The translations under genes and the position numbers were made by a program. A DNA stretch of 63,426 nucleotides, counting the filler, from Octopus bimaculoides (Eukaryota): NCBI RefSeq assembly GCF_001194135.2. It is 4 parts of 4 records of this genome, joined end to end, with 100 filler letters (N's around TTAATTAATTAA, not from the genome) between each part and the next. Parts side by side here need not be neighbours in the genome. Positions count along the whole stretch, not along the records: positions 1 to 23,667 come from NC_068987.1; 3 more parts are not named here. The stretch is one strand, 5' to 3'. Every line of letters starts with the position of its first letter. Positions within the stretch are counted from its first letter, which is position 1. Shown here piece after piece: positions 1-12,196 of the stretch. Under the pieces are notes generated by a model. The model saw only the letters and a program-made list of their open reading frames with translations. It did no database searches and was not told the origin of the DNA.

Positions 1-1447
1 CTATTATTATTAAACTAAAAAAGTCTATTGATAAAGTGGCCGTAAAAAAAAAAAAAAATTTTTAATGAAAAACATGATATATACATAATTTTTCCTCTTC
101 TTCTCATTCTCCATTTTGTTGATGAGATGCATGTTGCCCCTCATGAAAATTAGCATGTCAAAGTTTTCATCAGACAGGGATGATCTCTTGTCCTTGCACA
201 TAGACAACAAATGCTCCACTGTGGCACTGGAGGGGATAGCTGTTGACCTTGATGAACAAATCCACCAACACTTGCTCACCTAAGAAAGCAGCATCTGTCA
301 GCAAGTCTTTGGAGTTGGTCTCCAGCCAGGTCTTGACTAAATTCTGGGCCTTGTCCTTGAGTGAACTGTGGCTCCTGCTGTTCTCTTTTGGCTGGGTGAC
401 ACCACTAAAGAAGTCATCTTCCTCCTCTTCGTTGTTACTGCTCACTTTGTCAGACTGCTGCCTCATGGTCTCCTCAACCTTACTCTCCATGTTTTCCCTC
501 ACCTTGACAACCTTGTTGTTGTCATACTTATGCAACCAGATGATGCAAAACCTGGGGTGGAAGTTAACAGCCAGCTGGCATTCCTCATCCTCCAGGAGGG
601 TCCTAAACCTTTTGTTGATGCCTACCAAAAGTGCATTGACCAATGGCCTTCAAGTCCTTGAGCCTAATGATCATCGCAGCAACTGTTGGCAGCAGAGTCT
701 CAAGGTATATTATATTATATAATAATATAATATTATTTTATTATTAATTTATTACCTTGACATACTCCTTCATTAAGTCGATATCCTGGTCATTGAAGCT
801 GTTGACCTTCAACTGGGTCATGACTCTATGGAGAACAGGCCTCTTAGTCTCCAGGATGGTGTTGAGGACCACCAGAGTCATAGATGGAGTTCCACCTCAT
901 TATGCCAGGGACAACCAGCCTCCTCCCCACCTCAGCATAGATGCTGTCTGCTGCCATAGCGCTGCGATCTTGCTGGTTCCAAAGGGCATGTGCCTTGGCC
1001 ATGGCAGCCCCATAGGGTCTCTTGAACACTACACTCTTTTTACACTTTTCTGGCTCTAAAAGCCTTTAAAAACCTAAAAAGACGGCCAAAACTATGAAAT
1101 CAGCCTTTGTTTTAGGTCTTTTAAAAGTTAAAACTATAAAATCAACATTTTTTAACTCTAAAAAAAAAAAGAAAAAAAAAACTGAAGTTTGGGGTTCTAA
1201 AGCCCTTAAAAAGGCAAAAAAGTTTTTTTGGCACGCTAGAAAGTGTTTTTAGAGCAAAAACTGATGTTTTGTTTTTTTCTAAAGTAAAAATTAGCATTAA
1301 CAGTTTATCGATAACTTCCATTACATTTTTAAAGACTTAAATGTAATGGAAGTTAATTAGGCCAATAATGAGTTCCAAAGCTAACTTAAAAGTTAAATCA
1401 TTTGTTAATTAACGATTAATGGATTTACAGTTTGGTACCCAGGTTTG
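1..1447 (-). mobile_element. hAT DNA transposon remnant (internally deleted); one terminus near 1447, the other outside the window
   Basis: Minus-strand fragments carry hAT hallmarks: VVPGIMRWNSIYDS (TRWNS-like, ORF 844-1029), (G)TLLPTVAA, and a C-terminal dimerisation-like segment SATVEHLLS...KRSSLSDENFDMLIFMRGN (ORF 25-279). The terminal sequence CAAACCTGGGTACCAAACTG reads on the minus strand from 1447. Confidence 0.8.
25..1040 (-). pseudogene. hAT transposase, C-terminal part, frameshifted
   Basis: ORFs 844-1029, 170-643 and 25-279 lie in different frames and are linked by RVMTQLKVNSFNDQDIDLMKEYVK. Confidence 0.75.
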
Positions 1448-1813
1448 ATATTTACCATACTCTTTGACACTCACTCTCTTTGCATTGCTTTCGTTTTGTT
1501 TACAAACTCATCTCCTAAAGTTTACTTTCATTTTAAGATAATTATTACACACAAATCCTGTTTGTGATTGGATAAAAAATGATCAAACTTCAAACCTCGG
1601 TAACATTTTTCTGGAATAAATGAATCACAAACTCAAATTGAGTGCAACAAAGTACATCAATACACTAAATTTGAAAATGTTCACTTAATTTTAAAATTTC
1701 AAAGTCTGTGACAGCAACAGAAAAGATCTCTCTTTCTTCCATTTTTATTGCTTTTCTCATGGTAAACTTCATGTATACATTTTTACCACACTCTCTCTAA
1801 AAGTATATTACTC

Positions 1814-1897
1814 ATGCTGAGCATGTGTGTGTGTGTGTGTGTGCGTGTGTTTGTCAGCAGGTTACACATGCTGACAAACACACACATGCTTAGCATG
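1814..1897. repeat. Short inverted repeat whose left arm has an expanded (GT)n tract
   Basis: catgctgagcatgtg(tg)n..tgtttgtcagc versus gctgacaaacacacacatgcttagcatg. Confidence 0.8.
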
Positions 1898-1999
1898 TGT
1901 GTAAGGAATTTCATTAGGGCAACATAGAGATTTAAAAAAAGGTGTGTAAATGATAATTTATTTTCACAGCATGTTTTTCCTTATGCACACACAGGGAAC

Positions 2000-2315
2000 T
2001 CTTCTGATGAGAAGACTACATGGTTCCCCATAATGAACTCATCCAGAAGGCAATAGCATCAGATCCTCCCCTGGGTTGGCATGAGTGGAGAGGTGATCAG
2101 CTCAAGATGTGCCTCATGACGGTTAAAGCAGATATGGAGCCTGTATCTGGCCCTTGAGTCTTTGGCATTCATCACTTGAATCGGAAATGGCTTCACCACA
2201 TTGCAGGATCGGTTGCTAAGAGATGTGCATGGACTGTCTTGACTTGTGATGTGGTGAATTCAATAGAAGTCAGCTTAATCCCTCTCAGCTGAATGCCATT
2301 ACAAGACAAGAAACA
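2000..2315 (+). mobile_element. RTE-clade LINE, degenerate 3' end
   Basis: Plus frame reads ELIQKAIASDPPLGWHEWRGDQLKMCLMTVKADMEPVSGP*VFGIHHLNRKWL...RCAWTVLTCDVVN, resembling RTE RT C-termini (GW.kRRGGQ.KTW...G.rrWNRDW...DR.AW). It ends in a tgaatgccattacaagacaag tail. Confidence 0.6.
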
Positions 2316-3562
2316 TACACAAGGAGTCCCTTGATATGGGGTGGGGCATTCAAAATTTAAATTATAAATATCTTTTTTGTCATTGTTGCTTACGTACCAG
2401 CAACATCATCATTCCAGAAAATGTGATTATGGGGCAATGAATATTGAAAAACATCAATACATGTCAGAGTGACAAAGAAACAAGTAAGGTAGCAGATGAT
2501 CACGGGATGTGCTACAAACAACTAATTCTCCATTGAACACCGTTTTATTTGAAAATTATTTTGAAATTATAAACAGAAAGAAATTGCAACGATTAAAAAA
2601 ACTATGGTTTAAAAAAATGTGGAAAAAATTCAATTCTGCAATTTTAAAATTAGGGAGGGGAGGGGGCTAATGAAAAACAATTTTAAATGATTTCACTACT
2701 GTTTTTAAATTACATTTCATTTTCTGTATGAAAATAAAGAAAGTGGAGATTGTGGGGGTGGCTGCCATTTCCCCAAATTTTCCCTCTTTTTAAACCTTCA
2801 AGGCTTCTCACATCGTTTTCAAGCATGAAGTGCAAAAAAAGAAAAAAAAGTCAAAATTGGTACTGAGTGGAGAAGGGGAATTTGATAAAATTCACAAATT
2901 TTCAAAAAAATTTTTTTACTGAAAAGGCACCTCCCATTGTTTATAGAGCAAAAAATAAAAAATGGAAAGATGAAAGTAGAATAGAGAAAAGGAGGAAGAC
3001 AGATTCCAAAGGGGTGAAGAGAAGTAACAAAAGGATAGAGGAAGAGGTCACTTAATAGAAGAGGGGTATAGGATGGCTGAGATTTGGGAAAAGGACAGTC
3101 ATAAAACCTTAGTGTTTGTAGTCAGGTCAACACACATTAACATATAAGCATTGTTTTTAGGTTCAATATTCTCCAAATGCTGTGTGAAATTTGATATAGG
3201 CTATTTATACACATGGTCAACCAAATACTTTAATACTTGGTCATTGGTTCTATCAAACATGGGGGAATTGTATTGAATTAACCTCTACTTTGCTCCTCAT
3301 GGACATATTCTCCCATGTCTATATCTATATGTATACACATGCATGTAAACTCCCATGTATAATAACTTTGTTAGCCTGGTGTATTTGTATTAGCAGGGAG
3401 TTTAAGAAGTATTTTGCCTGGATTGATAATCCCTTATCAATAACTCATTATACACACACACACATATATAACAGAGAAAGAAGGCCTTGCTGATTGTGCA
3501 CCCAGGATAGATACTATCCCTTAGTGGGTTGAATCCTCAACCCCTAACTCTCTTGCATTATA

Positions 3563-3794
3563 TCATCATCATCATCATCATCGTTTAACGTCCGCTTTCC
3601 ATGCTAGCATGGGTTGGACGATTTGACTGAGGACTGGTGAAACCGGATGGCAACACCAGGCTCCAGTCTGATTTGGCAGAGTTTCTACAGCTGGATGCCC
3701 TTCCTAACGCCAACCACTCAGAGAGTGTAGTGGGTGCTTTTACGTGTCACCCGCACGAAAACGGCCACGCTCGAAATGGTGTCTTTTATGTGCC
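3563..3794 (-). mobile_element. RTE LINE 3' UTR with (GAT)n tail, running into a gap
   Basis: Near-identical to 15568-15760 and 56573-56735. It has (CAT)n on the plus strand and ctacagctggatgcccttcctaacgccaacc. Confidence 0.8.
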
Positions 3795-4084
3795 NNNNNN
3801 NNNNNNNNNNNNNNNNNNNNNNNNNNNNNNNNNNNNNNNNNNNNNNNNNNNNNNNNNNNNNNNNNNNNNNNNNNNNNNNNNNNNNNNNNNNNNNNNNNNN
3901 NNNNNNNNNNNNNNNNNNNNNNNNNNNNNNNNNNNNNNNNNNNNNNNNNNNNNNNNNNNNNNNNNNNNNNNNNNNNNNNNNNNNNNNNNNNNNNNNNNNN
4001 NNNNNNNNNNNNNNNNNNNNNNNNNNNNNNNNNNNNNNNNNNNNNNNNNNNNNNNNNNNNNNNNNNACTTCAAAAGGTACTTGA

Positions 4085-4384
4085 ATTTAGTAAGGTGTAC
4101 TCTCTCTTTTTACTCTTTTACTGGTTTCAGTCATTTGACTGCGGCCATGCTGGAGCACCGCCTTTAGTCGAGAAAATCGACCCCAGGACTTATTCTTTGT
4201 AAGCCTAGTACTTATTCTATTGGTCTCTTTTTGCCGAACCGCTAAGTTACAGGGACGTAAACACATCAGCATCGGTTGTCAAATGATGGTGGGGGGACAA
4301 ACACAGACACACAAACACACATACATACATATATATATATACATATATACGATGGGCTTCTTTCAGTTTCCGTCTACCAAATCC
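4085..4384 (-). mobile_element. tRNA-derived SINE, 5'-truncated (same family as 41741-42132 and 52957-53130)
   Basis: Reverse complement matches the body and tail at 42021-42132 (gactaaaggcggtgctccagcatggcc..gtcaaatgactgaaac) and gtagacggaaactgaaagaagccc at about 53075. Confidence 0.85.
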
Positions 4385-4385
4385 G

Positions 4386-5650
4386 AATGCAAGGAAGTCA
4401 TTGCCTTTTCATGGTAATTCTTACTGGGTAAAAAAGAATGGAGATGAGCTATTTGATGTAGCAATGGGGAGCTATGACGGTGCAGAGATAGTGACCTTGT
4501 AAGCCTCTATATCCTAGATATACTTAGAAAAAAACAAACAAAAGAAAACCAACACAGGTTTATATAGGGACAATGGCCTGGGAGTGGCACACAATTGAAA
4601 TAGACATGATACGGATAGGATAAGGAAAAAAAATATGCAAAATATTTAGTCAATTAGGTCTAAGAACCACAATTAGTACCAACCTTAAAGTCAACTACCT
4701 AGATATTAACATGAACCTTAGGCAAATTTAAACCCTACCACAAACCAAATGAGGAAGCCTTATACATAGACATAGGCTCAAACCACCCACCAGCAGTTAT
4801 TAAACAACTAGTTAACAACATTAGCAAGTATGTCTTCAATCTATCCGCTGATAAAGCCACTTTTGAAAAAATGCTGCATTAGAAAGGTCTAACTTCAAGA
4901 ATACCAAACTACATTAAACCAAATTACAGATAGATCAAGAAGATGCAGACGGAGGAAAATCTTATGGTTTAACCCACCTTATAGCATGAATGTAGCCACT
5001 AACATAGCGAGGAAATTATTAAAATAGACAATCACTTCCAACATTCACACAAATACACAAAATCTTTAACAGAAACATTGTTATAGTTATCTCCCCAATA
5101 CAAGGTCAATAATACTCAACCACAATAAAAATAAACATAGCAGAACTACCCCTGAAAGACAATATAACAGTAGATCTCTAAATCACTGTCTTCTAAATAA
5201 CAACTGTCTGGAAAAAGAAGATATATATAAGGCTAAAATCATGGATCCCAACAAAGTAACAAAGACATATATTGGAATGATGGACAACTTGTTCAACGAA
5301 AGATACACACAACACCTGGCATAATTCAGAGACAAAAATAAAAGATATGCAACATCCCTATCTAATATGATATGGACATTGAAAGAATCAATAGATAACA
5401 TCCTAAATATTAGGGATGAAACCTTCTCTCCCTGCATACATAGCAAAATTTCACACTTAGACACTTCAAAGGGGACCCACCACCTGCGCCACTAACCTCA
5501 CCAAGATAGTTCCTTTCCCTGAAAGTGAAAATTGAATATATACAACACACAAACTCCACATATATAAGAAATATTCTCCTATGATAAACTACCCCAGCAC
5601 ATAAACATACGAACATTACATATGCCCAGAATATAAGATAATGCAAGCAA
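4386..5650 (+). mobile_element. Penelope-like element (Naiad-like), 5'-truncated, degenerate RT plus GIY-YIG
   Basis: Frameshifted peptides: ARKSLPFHGNSYWVKKNGDELFDVAMGSYDGAEI, GLYRDNGLGV (YRDD motif), RKILWFNPPYSMNVATNIARK, and YNSR..HCLL..NCLEKEDIYKAKI...KTYIG...RYTQH..FRD....TSLSNMIWTLK. Confidence 0.85.
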
Positions 5651-5969
5651 ATTTACTATCCAACATGACTGTTTTCCCAAAAGCCAAATCCAAGGGAGAT
5701 AACCACTCAAACGGTGTCATCCAAGAGTAGCACCCCTTGATTTATTGTTTTCTTTACGAGAATTTCTGTGAAGTCACGAGATTTTGTTTTCATCCAAAAT
5801 GGAGACAAACACTATTCTCCCTTGTGATCGGCTTGAAAAATTGTTAAGATATTAAGATATTTTTCTTAGCATGAAACCATTGGTAGTCTTAATACACATG
5901 CAAAGAAATTCTATCCACCAATGTGGTATTGAGCACTCATTCTTGTCATTCAACATTTATGTATACATA

Positions 5970-6521
5970 CAGTAATACTTCACTTTACAAGACCCCAGGT
6001 TTACAAGTTATATTTTTCAAGCACAAGATCCAAATTTTAAATGAAGTGCAAAAGTTTCTATTACCATAACAAATATTTCTGTGTGTTACCAAGGAATTTA
6101 TAGAGAGCAAAAAAATAGCTTCTTCAAAGCAAACAACTCAAGACTTTAAAAAGAAATCTACAAGTCCGTCTACAGTGTGCTGCTTGTGAATCAGCAATTG
6201 CATTTACAAGTAATGTGTGCACAAGTCTAGTGCGAGTGAAAGCGATTCAGAAAACGATTATAATAATAATAATAATAATATTTTTTATTATAAACAATCT
6301 TGACATTCTTTTTACTTTACATAAAATATTCTTTACATTCTACTACTGCTCTATCGCCATTTATTTACGAGTATTATAAATTTTATAGGTAAAATATTTT
6401 TCTGGGAACGAATTATGATTGATAACATTGCTACTATGGGAAATTATTGCTCTGCTTTATGAGTTTTCATTTTACGAGCCATCTCCAAGAACAAATTAAC
6501 TCATACATCAAGGCATTACTG
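5970..6521. mobile_element. Tigger/pogo-like MITE
   Basis: Imperfect TIRs cagtaatacttcactttacaag (5970) and ctcatacatcaaggcattactg (6521). TA is present on the left flank only. Confidence 0.55.
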
Positions 6522-7322
6522 GTGTTTTATCTCCCCCACTTCCTTACACTAATCTGTATGTTAATAAGTATCACTATGAATTTTTAAAAATATTTAAATG
6601 TAATTTCTACAGATCTTTTTCTTGGAGAGCATCTAAAAAGAAACATTCTGATAGCACATTTGTGAAATTTGGGTGAATATTTTAGGAAATATGACAATTT
6701 GAATGGTCAGTGAAATGGTTGAAATCTTGCTTAATAAGCCTAAATGAATATTTAGCCATATCTGTGATGTCATATCTTTGAAACTGAGGTGATAACCACC
6801 CTCAAATCATACAAAATAATAGTGACCATGGTATTGCAATTGCTTTTTTTTTTCTAGGTTCTTAGAAAGAAAACTTTTTTTTGGAAACTCTTTAAATATT
6901 CATGTAGATATTATGTAGTTACATGTCTCAAGCAGTCAATTTTGCAGTGTTCTTAGACGCGGTTAATCCAAAATTACAAGTCACAGGGACTTGAGGTTTG
7001 GTACATTTGTAGGTGGTATCCTGAGATTCTGGAACATGACAACATTTCTACAAAATTCTAATGGACTGTTAAAAATAGCTATAAATAATGGAGTTTTGTA
7101 TCAGGATGTCCACATAAGCTGAATTTTCTGTGTTTTGACAGGTATTTTCTCAACTTTTTTAGCATCGCGGTCTTGGAAATGACGGGGGCAAGCTATTTAT
7201 TAAAAAAAATTTTTGAAAATTTTTTTTCTCACCCCCATCCCTTCCAGACCGATTTTGGCCAACTTCGTTTGCACTGTGAATTTAAAAACGATGGGAGAAG
7301 CCTTTTTGGTAAAAAAAAGAAA

Positions 7323-7475
7323 AATTTTGAAAACAAAAAGATATGGGATTTAAAGATTTAGCTGTTGTTTCTAGCACATCCCACAACTATCTCAGAATTT
7401 TGAAAACAAAAAGATGTGTGATTTAAAGGAGATTTAGCTGTTGCATCTAGCACATTTCACAACTATCTCAGAATT
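7323..7475. repeat. Tandem duplication, unit about 75 bp
   Basis: aattttgaaaacaaaaagat...cacaactatctcag occurs twice with a few substitutions. Confidence 0.85.
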
Positions 7476-7715
7476 GCATTTAAACCTCCTAAATTAAAAA
7501 CAAACAAAATATGAAAACTAATTCCTTCTTTAAGCATTAGCAAACTTGTTAGTAGGAGAGAGAGAAAAAAAAACAAAATGAATATGTAAGCACTGACACA
7601 AATTATCCAGACTATATACAAAATTAGGAGAAAAACAAAAAAAAAACATCACATCTGACTTCAATAGTTTACAAAATTATATTCATTGCACAATATAATT
7701 GTTATTGGCAGAAAT

Positions 7716-8510
7716 TGAGGATCTTTCTGATTTGGCGGACACCATTTGTTTTCTAACGAAACACTTTCAAACTTGGGACACTGGTAGAATGTGTCATATA
7801 AAACATCTTTTACTCTTAGTGTTGCTGAGAAAAGTTTATATTTTTAAAGTTATTTCGTGTTAAAATTGTCGTATTTCGGTAATTTCAACCAATCATTGAC
7901 GTCTATTGAGGTGAAAACAATTACTGCTGTGGTTTGTCAACAACACATTGTGGTGGTGTAATGGGATCTTTTCCCTTGAATAAAATTAGTGCCATTGTTT
8001 GCCAACAACAACTATCGGCGGTACTGTTATTTATGACATCGTTCGTGCGTTTGTACTGGTTTTAGCTTTAGGGTTTTAGGGTTAGGGTTATGAGTATTTT
8101 TGCCAAATTTGGGGAAAATCTGTTCAATACACCACCACAAATTTTTCACCAAATTTGGCAAAAATACTCATAACCCTAACTCTACAACCCTAACCCTAAA
8201 ACCCTAAAGCTAAAACCAGTACAAACGCACGAACGATGTCATAAATAACAGTACTGCTGATAGTTGTTGTTGACAAACAACGGCACTAATTTTATTCAAG
8301 GGAAAAGATTCCATTACACCGCCACAACATGTTGTTGACAATCCACAGCAGTAATTGCTTTCACCTCAATAGACGTCAGCGAATGGTTGAAATTACCGAA
8401 ATACGGCAACTTTTAACATGAAATAACTTTGAATGTAAAATTTTTTCTCTGTTCTATAAGACAAAATATACAAGTATACGAAGTTTGAAAGTGTTTCGGT
8501 AGAAAACACA
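7716..8510. mobile_element. Foldback (palindromic) non-autonomous element with telomere-like repeats near the centre
   Basis: Arms at about 7747-8119 and 8141-8508 are reverse complements (roughly 85-90% identical by eye in the inner part) with a loop of about 21 nt. ttagggttttagggttaggg and its complement flank the centre. Confidence 0.85.
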
Positions 8511-10004
8511 CAAAATTTACTAAAACCATTAAATGGTTAATTACTTTTTGAAGTCTGATGTTCATGCTGCTAATCATGGTCCGGGCCATATTTTACATTG
8601 CTTGGAGTTTCTACCTATTGCAATGGAGCACCATTGTCATACATAGTGATATGGATATTTCTGACTGAAAAAATGTAATGATATGGATAATCTTAATTGT
8701 ATGGTTTTATTTTTGTCTGTTTTTCTTGTTTTGTTCAGCAAAATTGTTTTAGTTTTAGTTCAGCAAAATTGTTGAGGATGGTAAGGAAAAGGATGTAAAT
8801 GTTTACAATTTACAACCTGACTAATACCAATGCTGTGAGCTACCAACTATTAGGAGTAATGTACAGTCACAATAATGTCTAAAATAAGATTTTCCTGAAC
8901 ATAACTAAAACAACAATTTTAAAACTTTTATGCACTATATGAAAATGTACAAGCAATGCATAACAAATATTATTATATTGAAATGGACTATATTCTTATT
9001 AAACAGTTCGTGTTTCAATCTCGTTAATGATTGAGAGCACTGGTATTTACTGTTCACTTGTTAAAGTCAGTCCTGTTTATCAAACCCAAAGAACTCGTCC
9101 TCATCATCTGACATAAAAATGCCTCTGCATCAAAGTCATGAGTGTCCTTATGATAATATATATCCACTGCATTGTCTTGTTCATCAGCATGATGATCACA
9201 CGTAGCAGGTTCAGATTGCCTCAAAACATCATCCTGCATACCATCAAGATGGTTTGAAATGCTGCACTTAAATGATTTCACAATGATCTTGGGGTCAAGT
9301 TTATTCCATGCCTCAAGATTCCATTGGCATATCTCGTCTAATTTGGGCTTTTTCAAACAGCTACCTTTAGTAAAAGAATATTTATCACCATGAATCCAGT
9401 TGTTCTACTTTTGGCACAAAGCACATTTCGTGGGTTTATTTACACCGACATCTAACGGCTGCAAAATCGAAGTCATTCCACTGGGAATGGTAGCAAGTTC
9501 ACAGTTGTCACTTTTTAATACATCTTTCATATAGTCCAACTTACAAAATCTAAAACTATCCAAAACTAATAAACTATGTTCATGGGTATTGGGAGTCATC
9601 TCCACACAAGTGTTAGCCATTCTTTCATGTTGGATTTGACCATCCAGCCTTTTTTGGTGGACTCTAATGATTATGCCCTTTGGAAAGTTTAACTACGGTA
9701 TTGTCTTTCTTTTGAAGATAACATATGGTGGCAATTTTGTTCCATCTCCCAAGCATGCTAGCATCACAATAAATCTATTCTTTTCATTTCCAGTCATTCT
9801 TATTTTAACTGATTTTTCATTAATGTGTCATACAGCAAATCAAATGTTAATGGGGTTTGGTCTGCATTTTCAATGCCTGACGGTTCAATATTATATTTTC
9901 TTCTAACTTTGATAATATAATTCTGAAAGTTTGTTAACTTTTCTTTGTAATCTTCAGGAAGTCTTTGTGCAATTGTTTTGCTAAGTCATACACTTAAGTC
10001 ATAA

Positions 10005-11785
10005 TCTGTATATATATAAAAGAGAGGATGCATGTGTGTGTGTGTGTGTACGTGAATGTAGTTTATGCATGTCCACAAATTAGCACGCATGTCACTCCAA
10101 TTTTAGGAGATGTGTCATGACCGTATGTGCATTTTCGTCAAGTTTTTCTCTCAGAGGCACCCATGTATAGCTGTAAAAATCGATAAACTTTTACCAATTT
10201 TGAAGTTTGTTGACATGGCGAAGTCAAATCTGTGCGTACGCGCATGAAGTAGAGAGAGAGAGAGAAATTGTATGTTTGTGAGAGGGAGGGTGAAGGAGAG
10301 TTACATTTTGTTTGCTAGCGTCTGTGTGGTAAGCAGCAAGCAACAAACAAAAAGAACAAAATACCCTCTCTCTCTCTATCTCTCCCTCCTTTACATACAC
10401 ATGCCAGTTATCTCTCTTTCATTCTTTCTTTCTCACACACACACAGCAACATTACACACAAAACACATGTTGCCAAAAAGAAATAGACGCTATCTTTTTA
10501 TAGTGAATATGCGAGACAGAAACTGTGGTGTGTATGTGAAGTTCTTTTGTTAATGTGAGAGAGCAGCATGTGTGCGTGTGTGTAATGTTGTTGTGTGTGT
10601 GAGACAGGGAGAGAGAGAGAAAAAGAAAGAAAGAAAGAAATAGAGATAAATGTGTGTAAGGGAGGGAGAGCGCGCTCTCTCTATCTCTTTCGTGTTCTTT
10701 CCCAACACTTTTTATGGAAACTGCCGAATTGATGTAAACAAACCCATGTGGTCTAATTTTCACGTTTCTAGGTATTGTACTGTAAATCGCCATTTCCAAA
10801 ATATATTTATTTCAAATCATTTATCTGTATATATATATGTAAGGCAAGGTGTGTGTGTTTTGTTGATATACAGGCAACACACACACACACATACGAACAT
10901 GTATGCGTACAAAAAATATGTATGCAATTGGTGTACATACGTACATACGTGTGTGTGTATGTGTGTGTGTNNNNNNNNNNNNNNNNNNNNNNNNNNNNNN
11001 NNNNNNNNNNNNNNNNNNNNNNNNNNNNNNNNNNNNNNNNNNNNNNNNNNNNNNNNNNNNNNNNNNNNNNNNNNNNNNNNNNNNNNNNNNNNNNNNNNNN
11101 NNNNNNNNNNNNNNNNNNNNNNNNNNNNNNNNNNNNNNNNNNNNNNNNNNNNNNNNNNNNNNNNNNNNNNNNNNNNNNNNNNNNNNNNNNNNNNNNNNNN
11201 NNNNNNNNNNNNNNNNNNNNNNNNNNNNNNNNNNNNNNNNNNNNNNNNNNNNNNNNNNNNNNNNNNNNNNNNNNNNNNNNNNNNNNNNNNNNNNNNNNNN
11301 NNNNNNNNNNNNNNNNNNNNNNNNNNNNNNNNNNNNNNNNNNNNNNNNNNNNNNNNNNNNNNNNNNNNNNNNNNNNNNNNNNNNNNNNNNNNNNNNNNNN
11401 NNNNNNNNNNNNNNNNNNNNNNNNNNNNNNNNNNNNNNNNNNNNNNNNNNNNNNNNNNNNNNNNNNNNNATATATATATATATATATATACTTAAGACTT
11501 CGTTGTGATCTGAACAGAACCGCTTCTGACACAGAGAATCGGGAGCCCTTTTGGTCATTTTATTTTCCTTGCTGGAAGGGTTAGTGATGGCTGCGGTGTT
11601 TTCAAAGGGATGGCATGTGTAACCTGATCACCTCTGCCGATCAAACTCCCAACCCATGCGCTCCAGTTGCAACACTGATTCTGCCCAAATTTGACATCAT
11701 GTTACTTAGTTTGGTTTGAAATAAAGAACTTGATTAGCTTAATAATCTCAACTTAATCCCGGGCAAAGCCGGGCTATACTGCTAG
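10005..11785 (+). mobile_element. Non-autonomous Helitron
   Basis: Inserted between A10004 and T11786. It has a 5' TC(TGTATATATATAAAA), a subterminal hairpin CCCGGGCAAAGCCGGG (11758-11773) and a 3' CTAG (11782-85), with no TSD. Confidence 0.9.
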
Positions 11786-12196
11786 TGGTTCATAAAATGA
11801 AAGCACCAGTTTAACAAAGTTTTACAAGTCCACACTATCAGCACTATATTTGGTCTTAAATAACTGGCTAGCACATAATCTTATCTCAGTGGTGCTTACA
11901 CCAAAACCCTCATCATGTTTGTCACATATCCAATGATAAAATTCAATCTCCAACTCAGGGAATTTTGCAGATTTACCCCTATTGGCACATTTATTACTAA
12001 GCACAGTTTTAAGTTTGCGCCAATTTCAAACATTGGCTTCATTAACATTAAAATGCCTTCTGGCAGCTCTATTGCCATGATCAAATGTATTTTCAATAAT
12101 ATTTAATTTCTTCTTTGGAGTAAATGATTCATAAGTTCTGCCCATACTGACAATAACGGTGTAGCTGAATGGATTGACAAAAGCATAAATGACAAA

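Noticed and set aside
3637-4167. Recurrent ORF MKPDGNTRLQSDLAEFLQLDALPNANHSESVV (also 15516-15992 and 56641-57075)
   Set aside because: It is the antisense reading of an RTE 3' UTR and is extended artificially through N gaps.
6560-7320. Complex AT-rich stretch that looks like a non-autonomous DNA element
   Set aside because: No TIR pair, TSD or coding motif could be established by eye.
8064-8215. TTAGGG repeats as an interstitial telomere or fusion site
   Set aside because: Only 3-4 degenerate units, placed symmetrically inside a foldback element.
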